Source: Aulosira sp. ZfuVER01 (GTDB taxonomy: Bacteria > Cyanobacteriota > Cyanobacteriia > Cyanobacteriales > Nostocaceae). From it: a stretch of DNA of 64,000 nucleotides. A program made the translations under genes and the position numbers. Location of the stretch: contig JAVRCV020000036.1 of assembly GCA_034530615.2 (NCBI GenBank), positions 115,792-179,791 of the forward strand. Direction: 5' to 3'. The notes under the pieces were generated by a model, which was not told the origin of the DNA, ran no database searches, and was given only the letters and a program-made list of their open reading frames with translations. Numbering within the stretch: the stretch's first letter is position 1; each line of letters opens with the position of its first letter. Positions 1 through 8,559 of the stretch are shown here, in pieces.

Positions 1-48
1 TAATAACTCCCAATATTAGGAATAAAATGGCAGATGAATAATATTTAA

Positions 49-459
49 ATGTACAGTGATTGTATCACCATCATCACAAAACTCATGCTCCAGATCGATC
101 AATCTGCCTTGAAAGCTAGAAATACATTACTCGCTATGTTTGTGGTGCTTTTGCTCCTAGATGCTACACTAGTGATCATTGCGCGGGATAGATGGGCTAT
201 AGGACGTATCTTACTAACAATCGTAGTCATGTATTTTGTTCTACAGGGACGGAAATGGGCAAAATGGCTCATGATGAGTATTTGTAGTTTGCTGGCTGTC
301 ATTCTAGTAACAATGGCGATCGCACTGAGTTCAAAACTCTCCACTGTTCTCATGCTAGGGAGTTTGATTTTGGCAGTTCTCAGCGCCGTCACTACTATCT
401 ATATGGCCAGTAGCAGAGATTTAAATTATTACTTCTCCTGGAAAAGACAAAATGGTTGA
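49..459 (+). CDS. Hypothetical membrane protein (about 4 hydrophobic segments)
   Basis: 136-aa ORF with several long hydrophobic stretches; the start may be the internal Met at 85. Confidence 0.6.
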   Translation: MYSDCITIITKLMLQIDQSALKARNTLLAMFVVLLLLDATLVIIARDRWAIGRILLTIVVMYFVLQGRKWAKWLMMSICSLLAVILVTMAIALSSKLSTVLMLGSLILAVLSAVTTIYMASSRDLNYYFSWKRQNG

Positions 460-502
460 CATCGAATTGAGCGTTGAAGTCTAAAATCAACCAGACATGA
501 AA

Positions 503-1183
503 TTACGAATTACGTTGATTGAGACGATAACCCATACTGTGAACCGTCTCAATCAGGTCTTCTTTTGCTCCTGCTGCTTTGAGTTTTTGGCGCAGACTCC
601 GGATATGAACCTTGACTGCATGTTCTTCCGGGGGTGATTCTAATGTCCAGATGTGTTCAATCATGACGCGGCGGCTGAGAACGCGGCGACCATTCCGCAA
701 CAGCAGTTCTAAGATTCCGTACTCTTTTGGTGTCAAATGGATAGGGATTTGCCCATAGCTAACTTCATAAGTGCTGGGATTAAGACGTAAGTCGCCCCAT
801 TCGAGGATTGGTAGTGATGTCGCACACCCTCGTCGCAGTAAAGCGCGAATGCGAGCAAATAATTTTTGTAAATTGAATGGTTTAACTACATAGTCATCTG
901 CTCCCACATCCAGCCCATTAATTTCATCGTGGATTGTGTCACAGGCAGTGAGCATGAGGATAGGCAAATTATAATTGTGCGATCGCAAACGATGACAAAG
1001 ACTTATGCCATCCAATTGGGGTAACATCACATCCAGCAACAGCAAATCATAATCTAGGGCTTTGGCTTGATGCCATCCGGCTTCTCCATCATGGACAACA
1101 TCAACCACATAAAGCTGGTCAGTCAGCGCTTCTGCCAAGGCTTCTGCAAGGCACACATCATCTTCAACCAGGAGAATCCTCAT
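503..1183 (-). CDS. ccaR: OmpR-family response regulator, probable chromatic acclimation regulator CcaR
   Basis: Receiver domain (LLVEDD, LLDVMLP, DDYVVKPF) plus winged-helix (LTPKEYGILELL, IETVHSMGYRL); divergent from cpcL with a G-box in the spacer. Confidence 0.8.
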   Translation of the reverse strand: MRILLVEDDVCLAEALAEALTDQLYVVDVVHDGEAGWHQAKALDYDLLLLDVMLPQLDGISLCHRLRSHNYNLPILMLTACDTIHDEINGLDVGADDYVVKPFNLQKLFARIRALLRRGCATSLPILEWGDLRLNPSTYEVSYGQIPIHLTPKEYGILELLLRNGRRVLSRRVMIEHIWTLESPPEEHAVKVHIRSLRQKLKAAGAKEDLIETVHSMGYRLNQRNS

Positions 1184-1349
1184 AAAAAACCAGGATAGGT
1201 TTGGTAACTCTGCGTTTTTAGATGAGATTCCCTTCCCAATTTTACGAGAATTTGTTTACCAAATTCCGGTTTATTTAAGCATCACATTTTGCGCCTAATT
1301 TTCCCAAATAAATATGACGATATATCAATATTTATTGAATTTGCTAATT

Positions 1350-1371
1350 CTTTCCGATTTCTTTACCGTTT
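1350..1371 (+). promoter_or_regulatory. G-box (CcaR-binding 11-bp direct repeat) upstream of cpcL
   Basis: CTTTCCGATTT-CTTTACCGTTT closely matches the Synechocystis cpcG2 G-box CTTTCCGATTTCTTTACGATTT as I recall it; it lies between ccaR and cpcL. Confidence 0.85.
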
Positions 1372-1419
1372 TCTAACCAGTTTCCTTACGGCTGGTATGC
1401 GATCATCCAGTGTCAGAGG

Positions 1420-1671
1420 CGAATGGTACTAATATCAATTCAAAACTCAAAATTCAAAATTAAGAAATTCAGATGCCATCTCGGTTTTAAAGTTTACATC
1501 TGTTACTTGATTTTGACGAATTGCTATTAAGATGAGCCGACGAGAGGATACCAGGGAAAATTCTTTCAAAGATATCTCTACATCAAAGCATCTCGCCACG
1601 CCACTTGCTACCCTACTTTGAGCCACCCTCTCCTCTGTGCGTCAGTCTTAACTCTTAATTAGTGCCATTCG
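1420..1671. mobile_element. Nested MITE-like inverted-repeat elements in the cpcL leader
   Basis: The left arm CGAATGGTACTAA|TTAAGA (interrupted by an inner element at 1433-1526) matches the reverse complement of TCTTAATTAGTGCCATTCG (1653-1671) with one mismatch. Confidence 0.55.
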
Positions 1672-1734
1672 AGTTTAAGAGGTTTTTTGCGTAAGTCATA
1701 TTGATTTACATTTAGCTGACTTTGGAGAACCCTG

Positions 1735-2481
1735 ATGTCGATTCCTCGATTAGACTATGCACCCTTATCTCAAAATCATCGAGTAGAAGGGTTTGAGGTT
1801 CCAGGCGACGAACAACCCCGGATTTACACAACCGACAACCTTCTTGCTGCTTCCGAAATGGATATATTGATTTTGGTAGCCTATCGCCAGGTTTATAACG
1901 AGCAACAGATGCTAGATAGCCATCGTCAGCGATTTTTGGAGTCTCAGTTACGAGCTGGTCAAATCATGGTAAAAGACTTCATTCGCGGATTGGTACTATC
2001 CGATTCCTTCCGACGACTCACTTACGATAGTAATAATAACTATCGGTTTGTCGAGATTTGCATTCAGCGGATTCTCGGTCGTAATGTTTATAGCGATCGC
2101 GAAAAACTTTCTTGGTCGATTGTGCTGGCGACTAAAGGACTGCAAGGCTTTATCGATGATTTACTCAACACTGAAGAATATCTGAGTAACTTTGGATATG
2201 ATACCGTCCCTTATCAACGTCGTCGCATCTTACCTCAACACGCTCAAGGTGAACTACCCTTTGCGCGGATGGCGCGTTATGGTGAAGACTATCGAGACAA
2301 ACTCCCCCGTCCTTTCTATACAATTCCCACTGGTATTTTTGACGAATTTGAGCGTTTTCGTCTCCAGACCTTCATGAATCGTGCTAACTGGACTAATAGT
2401 TTCAGCCTGATAGGTTTTGTGATGGTTTTAGCGTTCCTCCTCATCCTGTTTTCAGCAACAAACAATTTGATAGGCGGTTAA
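1735..2481 (+). CDS. cpcL: Phycobilisome rod-membrane linker CpcL (CpcG2)
   Basis: CpcG-type linker domain ([29 protein letters not shown]) plus a hydrophobic C-terminal helix (FSLIGFVMVLAFLLILF). Confidence 0.9.
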   Translation: MSIPRLDYAPLSQNHRVEGFEVPGDEQPRIYTTDNLLAASEMDILILVAYRQVYNEQQMLDSHRQRFLESQLRAGQIMVKDFIRGLVLSDSFRRLTYDSNNNYRFVEICIQRILGRNVYSDREKLSWSIVLATKGLQGFIDDLLNTEEYLSNFGYDTVPYQRRRILPQHAQGELPFARMARYGEDYRDKLPRPFYTIPTGIFDEFERFRLQTFMNRANWTNSFSLIGFVMVLAFLLILFSATNNLIGG

Positions 2482-2699
2482 TTTTGGAGAGTAGTAACGT
2501 CGCTAACGCTACTCGCTCTTGGGGGAAACCCCAAGAGCGCGCTCCGCACTGGCTCACCTGTTCCCTGTTCCCTTTTAGAAGAACTCCAGTTCTCAACTTG
2601 GACGAAATTTAGATCTATGTGCTAGTCTTTCTTTTGACTTGAAAATTGTTCAGTAAGTGGCATTCAGTAAAACTGATATAGGGGAGATATTTAGAAGTA

Positions 2700-2981
2700 A
2701 TGGTAGGTCAAACTAAACTTAATGCTGGTAGCATTTCTTCATCTGCGAGTCGAGTATTTCGTTATGAAGTTGTAGGCTTGCGGCAAACCTCAGAAACTAA
2801 TAACAATAAATACGACATTCGCCATAGTGGTAGCGTATTTATCAATGTGCCTTACAATCGCATGAATGAAGAAATGCAACGGATTAGCCGTCTCGGTGGC
2901 AGAATTGTTAACATTGAGCCGTTGATTGTAGCCAGTGATGATCCTAGCGCAGTGCCTTACCGTGGTGGTGGCAGACGTTAA
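2700..2981 (+). CDS. cpcD: CpcD-family rod-capping linker
   Basis: SRVFRYEVVGL...VPYNRMNEEMQRISRLGGRIVNIEPL motif. Confidence 0.85.
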   Translation: MVGQTKLNAGSISSSASRVFRYEVVGLRQTSETNNNKYDIRHSGSVFINVPYNRMNEEMQRISRLGGRIVNIEPLIVASDDPSAVPYRGGGRR

Positions 2982-3210
2982 GACGAAGAATCTAATTGCC
3001 GAAAATTGCCTGCTGGGACTGTGAAAAACAGCCATTCCCAATGGTATGATTTCCACCTTGGAAGCATTTGAGGAAACCGTTTCAGCATTTCTTAGCCACT
3101 CAATTAAGTTATGTAATTTTTATTAAACTAAATCGAATAATGTCCCCCTTGTCCTTTATGATTATGAGAACTTTGTAAGATTTCATAAAGGAAAGGGAGA
3201 TTTTGTATTT

Positions 3211-3963
3211 GTGGCAATTCCTCTTTTAGAATATTCCCCTATTTCTCAAAATCAGCGGGTAACAGCTTATGAAGTTCCTGGAGATGAGCAACCCAGGATC
3301 TTCTCAACAGAAAACCTGCTTTCCTCAACAGACTTAGATATTCTGATTGAAGCAGCTTATCGTCAGATATTTTTCCATGCTTTTGCTGCCGATCGCGAGC
3401 GTTTCCTCGAGTCCCAGCTTCGCAGTGGTCAAATCACAGTACGCGATTTCATTCGCGGCTTGCTGTTATCTAACACCTACAAGCGCAGTTTCTATGACCT
3501 CAATAGCAACTATCGTTTTGTAGAACAAACAGTGCAGCGGGTTCTCGGCCGCGATGTTTACAACAACCGCGAAAAGATTGCTTGGTCGATTGTTGTAGCG
3601 ACAAAGGGTATTAAAGGCTTTGTTGATGACCTACTCAACACTGAGGAGTATCTAGAAGCCTTTGGGTACGATACAGTACCTTACCAACGTCGTCGGGTAC
3701 TACCCGGTCGGACAGAGGGTGAACTGCCTTTTAACATCAAGTCTCCCCGCTACGATGCTTACCATCGTGCTAAGTTGGGCTTCCCACAAGTGATTTGGCA
3801 AACTTCTGTGCGCCGCTTTACCCCTCCTGAAAGGAAGCCTACAGCAGGTAATCCAGAGCTGTTCCTGGATATGGCACGGAGTATCAACCCAACAGGTAGC
3901 GCACCTCAGCGGCTCTCTGTACAGAATATTGATATCGAAAAATCAGTACCCTATCGTCGGTAA
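3211..3963 (+). CDS. cpcG: Phycobilisome rod-core linker CpcG
   Basis: MAIPLLEY..., [23 protein letters not shown]; hydrophilic C-terminus; GTG start. Confidence 0.93.
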   Translation: MAIPLLEYSPISQNQRVTAYEVPGDEQPRIFSTENLLSSTDLDILIEAAYRQIFFHAFAADRERFLESQLRSGQITVRDFIRGLLLSNTYKRSFYDLNSNYRFVEQTVQRVLGRDVYNNREKIAWSIVVATKGIKGFVDDLLNTEEYLEAFGYDTVPYQRRRVLPGRTEGELPFNIKSPRYDAYHRAKLGFPQVIWQTSVRRFTPPERKPTAGNPELFLDMARSINPTGSAPQRLSVQNIDIEKSVPYRR

Positions 3964-4097
3964 GCTGATTTAAAAACTCAAGCATAGTGTATGTCGCACC
4001 TAAATAAAGATACGGCATACCCTATGCTTGCTTTGTTTCTAACAAATAGACTCTATTTTTCTCTAGAAAGAGTCAAAGAAGAAAGCGAGTTAACAAC

Positions 4098-4209
4098 CAA
4101 CACAGTTCAATAGGTGCACGGCGCTAGTAAGATTGTCTAGTTTGAAAAATATTTTGCGTGCCGTGCCCCTACTAGGTGTAATCAATTCCAGCCTAACTGA
4201 GTTGTATGG
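4098..4209. mobile_element. MITE copy 1 (112 bp, REP-like core, 10-bp TSD)
   Basis: Flanked by the direct repeat AGTTAACAAC (4088-4097 and 4210-4219); inverted copy at 36861-36974; core GCACGGC...GCCGTGCCCCTAC. Confidence 0.8.
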
Positions 4210-4228
4210 AGTTAACAACCTCAGGCTC

Positions 4229-4648
4229 TCAGGCGCATTCATCATTCTCTGCACGAAATCCGAGTTCTAAGAGAGCTTTGCGGATTGTGGCTTTAGAAGG
4301 GCGAACTTTTGGTGCAGCTAATCCCATTTCTCTAGCAGTCTCAAACAGATCCCGCATCAATATATCCAGCGAAGTATCATCTGCATCTTCTGGAAGCTTC
4401 TCAATTCTTGCTTCGTATGCTAGCGTATAAAGCTCTAAGTGATGTTTTCCCATCACTCTAGCCAGTTTTCTTAAAGTTTCAGGCGTAGGACAGGTTCCCT
4501 TAAAGCAAGCACCTCTCAGTCTCGGTTGAGGAACACCAGACAAATCCGCCAGACGGTTCATACTGATACCCTGTTCTTCCAAGTATTGAAGAATGAATCG
4601 TCCTAAAGGGGAGCAATCTTCAGCTTTTATTTGCAACCTTGCTGGCAT
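4229..4648 (-). CDS. XRE/Cro-type helix-turn-helix protein
   Basis: GISMNRLADLSGVPQPRL...PTPETLRKLARVM pattern. Confidence 0.75.
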   Translation of the reverse strand: MPARLQIKAEDCSPLGRFILQYLEEQGISMNRLADLSGVPQPRLRGACFKGTCPTPETLRKLARVMGKHHLELYTLAYEARIEKLPEDADDTSLDILMRDLFETAREMGLAAPKVRPSKATIRKALLELGFRAENDECA

Positions 4649-4986
4649 TTTTCGGTGTCAGGAAAATATAAATATCTACAATATAGCGGACTCAAAGGGA
4701 TTATATCGTGTCCGGGGAAAGACTTGTCATTAAGACAGCAGGGGGCAGGGAGCAGAGAGCAGGGGGAAAGAGAATTTCGCGATTTTTGCACAGATGCGAG
4801 AATTATCACTAAGTTAAGCAAACATGATATTACGCATCAGGGCTTCCAAATAAAAAAATATCCCATCGCTCTGAATCCAGGGAAGCAATTTGAACTATTG
4901 AAGGGATACGGATACCTTGGGCGGTTATTCCCACTGAAGTTTTGAGGATAATTTGTCAAAATCAAAGATAACTGGAGGTTCAAAAC

Positions 4987-5298
4987 ATGAAATTTTCAAT
5001 CCAATCAGTTTACGCTTGGTATCGCGATTTGCTTCGGAATCCAAAGTACCGTTGGTGGGTAATTTTAGGAACAATTGTTTATATTATCAGCCCTATTGAT
5101 ATTGCCCCAGATTTTATACCCATTGTGGGAGAAATTGATGATGTTTTACTGCTGACCCTGCTAGTTACTGAGGTATCGGGACTAGTTATTGAAGGCTGGA
5201 AAGCTCGTAAGGGTGTAGCCACCAACAACCCCAACACGTCTGAGGATTCCACATCTACTGCAAGTACTGTCGATGTTGATGCTGTCTCTGTCAAGTAA
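4987..5298 (+). CDS. YkvA/DUF1232 family membrane protein
   Basis: YIISPIDIAPDFIPIVGEIDD signature; GGAGG RBS upstream. Confidence 0.88.
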   Translation: MKFSIQSVYAWYRDLLRNPKYRWWVILGTIVYIISPIDIAPDFIPIVGEIDDVLLLTLLVTEVSGLVIEGWKARKGVATNNPNTSEDSTSTASTVDVDAVSVK

Positions 5299-5324
5299 TT
5301 TTGCAAAAGATATCAAATTTAACA

Positions 5325-5359
5325 AACCCCTACCTTTACTAAGGTGGGGGTTATTTTTT
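5325..5359 (+). terminator. Intrinsic terminator after the YkvA-family gene
   Basis: AACCCCTACCTT-TACT-AAGGTGGGGGTT hairpin followed by ATTTTTT. Confidence 0.65.
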
Positions 5360-5511
5360 AGGTAATATAAGCCACCCTTTTATGAAAAACATACACCTGT
5401 GAGAATCCAGGTAGCGAATAAGGGTAAAGCAAGTAACGGTATTGATTACCCCAATTTAACTTTGAGAGAGTTAAATTGGTTTCATTGCACTTAGCAAAAA
5501 ACACTGACTCA

Positions 5512-5901
5512 ATGACAGATAATTTCGACCAAGAACTAGAAGTAGAAATTCTGTCTGCTGCCCTGACAATTGAACGCCAGGAAACAGGAGATATCTTAAA
5601 ATTATTGGCTTTCAAATTACAACGCGCTTTGCCTCAAAATACACAAGTACAACGTCAATGGTTTGGTTTAGGTGCGGTTACAGCAGTTACCCTCTGTTTT
5701 AACGATCATCACTACCAAATCAACCGCGATCGCTATGGAAGTATTACAGCTAAAGTCATGAAATTAGTAGGCGGTGTCAAAATTAAAACTACTGAAGTAT
5801 CAGTTACAGAATGGAGGCAAGCCGTAGCAGCAACATTAGTTCAAGTATCATCTCGCAATACCGAGATGCGAGAAGCTTTGAGTAAGTTCATTTTGGGCTA
5901 A
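5512..5901 (+). CDS. Hypothetical protein, first gene of the YbjQ operon
   Basis: 129-aa ORF from ATG 5512, 33 bp upstream of the next gene on the same strand. Confidence 0.7.
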   Translation: MTDNFDQELEVEILSAALTIERQETGDILKLLAFKLQRALPQNTQVQRQWFGLGAVTAVTLCFNDHHYQINRDRYGSITAKVMKLVGGVKIKTTEVSVTEWRQAVAATLVQVSSRNTEMREALSKFILG

Positions 5902-5934
5902 TAGCCCTACATAAATTAAATTGGACTGCTATGT

Positions 5935-7059
5935 ATGGGATTATTCGCAAAACTCGCTAAAAATATTTGGACTACTACTAAGTTAGGAGTAGGTTCTCTA
6001 TCTCAACAAAGTTCTCAAATTAACAAGGCTGCGTTTACTATTCCTACTCATCGGCTAAAGCAACACAAAGATATTCAAAAAAAGTTTGGCAAATCTTTCT
6101 TCACCAGCGATTTAAGTACCAATGAATACTTACTGACTCGTGAAGCTGGTTGTGAACCTGTCGGGTTAGTGATGGGAACTAGCTTTTATAAAGTCGGATT
6201 TTATGGTTATTTTTGGGGCTATCGTAACCATACTGGTGAAGTGGAAGCTTTAACTCAAGCCCAGATAGCTGTACGAGAACTGGCTGTAAGTAGGATGCAG
6301 GCAGAAGCAGCAATGTTAGGCGCTCATGGCATTATTGGAGTACGTCTCCATCAGCGTCGTCAAGTATGGGGTATGGGGATGGTGGAATTTACAGCTATTG
6401 GGACTGCAATTCGGATACCTAACCGTCCACCAACAAACAAACCTTTTACCAGTGACTTGAGCGGACAGGAATTTTGGCAACTGCGTCAAGCTGGTTATTG
6501 GCCTATGGGTTTAGTTTTTGGTGCTTGTTCTTATTATGTGCATAGCGATCGCACTACTCGCACCTTAATGAATAACTCTGCTTGGAATCGTTTAGTTGGT
6601 CAAGGCAGGCGTAACCAAGAATTAACCCAGTTTACTCAAGGCTTTCAAGATGCACGGGAATTAGCAGTGATGAGGCTGTCCGCAGAAATCAGTCAATTGT
6701 CAGCTAAGGGTGCAGTAGGAATGCACATTGAAAAGAGTGAAGAAATTATTACTTATCAGCCTCAGTCACCGTTAGGTTGCTTTGTAGCTTTTTTCACTTT
6801 TGGTCTGTTGATTGCTTGTTTTGGGGCTATTATCGCCGGTCACGGCACTGCTGCGGGTGTGAGTTTTGTGTTGTTATTCGTTAGTTTCACTATCAATATT
6901 ATTGTCGCGGTTTTCAACAACATCCTTGGGAATAATGGCCCCTTCCGTGACATCCTCATTAATTTTGTTGCTATTGGGACTGCCATTGTTGAAGATGAAT
7001 TACCATCTGAAAACCCAGTTAGTAAAACTCTAATTTTCTACCCACTTTCTCAACGGTAA
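5935..7059 (+). CDS. Tandem YbjQ/UPF0145 (putative heavy-metal-binding) domain protein with an inserted transmembrane hairpin
   Basis: Two internal repeats FTSDLS..E...L..AG..P.GLV.G ... RELA..R...A..GA.G..G ... F.AIGTA; two hydrophobic helices inside repeat 2. Confidence 0.8.
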   Translation: MGLFAKLAKNIWTTTKLGVGSLSQQSSQINKAAFTIPTHRLKQHKDIQKKFGKSFFTSDLSTNEYLLTREAGCEPVGLVMGTSFYKVGFYGYFWGYRNHTGEVEALTQAQIAVRELAVSRMQAEAAMLGAHGIIGVRLHQRRQVWGMGMVEFTAIGTAIRIPNRPPTNKPFTSDLSGQEFWQLRQAGYWPMGLVFGACSYYVHSDRTTRTLMNNSAWNRLVGQGRRNQELTQFTQGFQDARELAVMRLSAEISQLSAKGAVGMHIEKSEEIITYQPQSPLGCFVAFFTFGLLIACFGAIIAGHGTAAGVSFVLLFVSFTINIIVAVFNNILGNNGPFRDILINFVAIGTAIVEDELPSENPVSKTLIFYPLSQR

Positions 7060-7067
7060 ATTTAATT

Positions 7068-7961
7068 ATGACAAACCAAGTTCCTCAACCTCATCATAAT
7101 CCGGCGATCGCAGCTGATTTACCAGAACACGCCCGCGAACGGTTAAAAATGATGCAAAAGGGCGGTAAGCAAAGTAATTTGTTTACCAGCGATCTCTCAG
7201 TAAATGAGTTCCTGTTAGTCAAAGAAGCTGGTTTTGAGCCGTTGGGATTAGTAGTTGGCTGTTCGATGTATCACATCGGCTTTCAATGGGCTAACATTAA
7301 CCAAAATATGGAAATGACTGTTCTTTCCCAAGCGATGTATCATGCTCGGGAATTAGCTATGAGTCGGATGCAGGAAGAAGCAGAAGCATTAGACGCAGAT
7401 GGTATTGTTGGGGTGCGTCTGAGTGCTAAACACATGACTTGGGAACCGAATATGGCGGAGTTTGTGGCGATTGGAACAGCAGTCAAAGCAACTAATACCT
7501 CAACTTCTTATCGTACTTTTGCTGGCAAACCTTTTACCAGTGACCTATCCGGGCAAGATTTTTGGACACTTCTGAGAGCAGGTTATCGTCCTCTGGGCTT
7601 AGTCATGGGTAACTGCGTCTATCATGTTGCTTTTCAAGGCTTGGGACAATGGTTTAGAAATATTGGCAAAAATGTAGAGATGACCAATTTTACCCAAGCA
7701 TTATATGATGCACGCGAATTAGCGATGGAAAGAATGCAAGTTGAAGCATCTCAACTGCAAGCCGAAGGAATTATCGGCGCAAATATTCATGAGCATCAGT
7801 ATTCTTGGAGTTCCCATGTAATTGAGTTTTTTGCTATAGGTACAGCAGTTATAGCTACCCGCACTGACCATCATATTCCCACACCTCATTTAACCCTCTC
7901 ATTAAATGACCCACCTACACAGCTAAATACTGTGTTAGCACCACCTAGTGCTGACCATTAG
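7068..7961 (+). CDS. Tandem YbjQ/UPF0145 domain protein (soluble)
   Basis: Same duplicated FTSDLS / ARELAM.RM / ADGIVGV / FVAIGTAV motifs; 8 bp from the previous gene. Confidence 0.82.
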   Translation: MTNQVPQPHHNPAIAADLPEHARERLKMMQKGGKQSNLFTSDLSVNEFLLVKEAGFEPLGLVVGCSMYHIGFQWANINQNMEMTVLSQAMYHARELAMSRMQEEAEALDADGIVGVRLSAKHMTWEPNMAEFVAIGTAVKATNTSTSYRTFAGKPFTSDLSGQDFWTLLRAGYRPLGLVMGNCVYHVAFQGLGQWFRNIGKNVEMTNFTQALYDARELAMERMQVEASQLQAEGIIGANIHEHQYSWSSHVIEFFAIGTAVIATRTDHHIPTPHLTLSLNDPPTQLNTVLAPPSADH

Positions 7962-8559
7962 TCACATAACACTCGATCCTGTTTTCAAGGTGTTTGCCAC
8001 TCCCCAAATATAAAAAGTGGTTCTTTCTACTATGGAACCAAAGTTCCTAAGTAACAAGCCAATCCTCAATTCTCAATCCACTATAGAAATCAGCATTACT
8101 CAAGAACGCTTGTGCCGCTACAGTGTAATTAAAATTAGGGAATCATTCGCATATTTCAAATTCCCTATAATATTGTGTTCTACGAAAAAACTCTGATTAA
8201 AACAGCAGGGGATCTCTGATATCTGCTTGGGGAGCAAAGAGAAAGAGTATTTTCCGGTTTTTGCACAGATGTGTTAATCCTAATTCATCAACCGGATTTG
8301 ATATCAAATCCGGCTTTTAACTTTTGCATTGTGGTTGCCAGTAGCTATGCTACCTCTATCGTAGGATTTGTTCTGATTGTTAATATCATATTAAGATATT
8401 TTAGTCAATCCCATTTTTAAATTTTAGAAGATAAAATATTTGTAAACAATCACATAGTACTGATACTTATCTCGAATTTCTCTATGAAATTCATAGATAA
8501 GTTTTCGCTTTGTTGTTGACAACAAGGTGAGGTATTTATTTTATTTTTGTAAGAATACA

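Noticed and set aside
4631..4945. 104-aa ORF and the opposite-strand 64-aa ORF
   Set aside because: They run through heptamer and dispersed repeats (QQGAGSREQG); probably spurious. The same applies to the ORFs at 16788-17057, 24899-25096 and 27900-28106.
8292..8313. Perfect 22-bp palindrome CCGGATTTGATATCAAATCCGG as an operator
   Set aside because: It lies in repeat-rich DNA and may be two abutting repeat ends; there is no independent support for a regulatory role.
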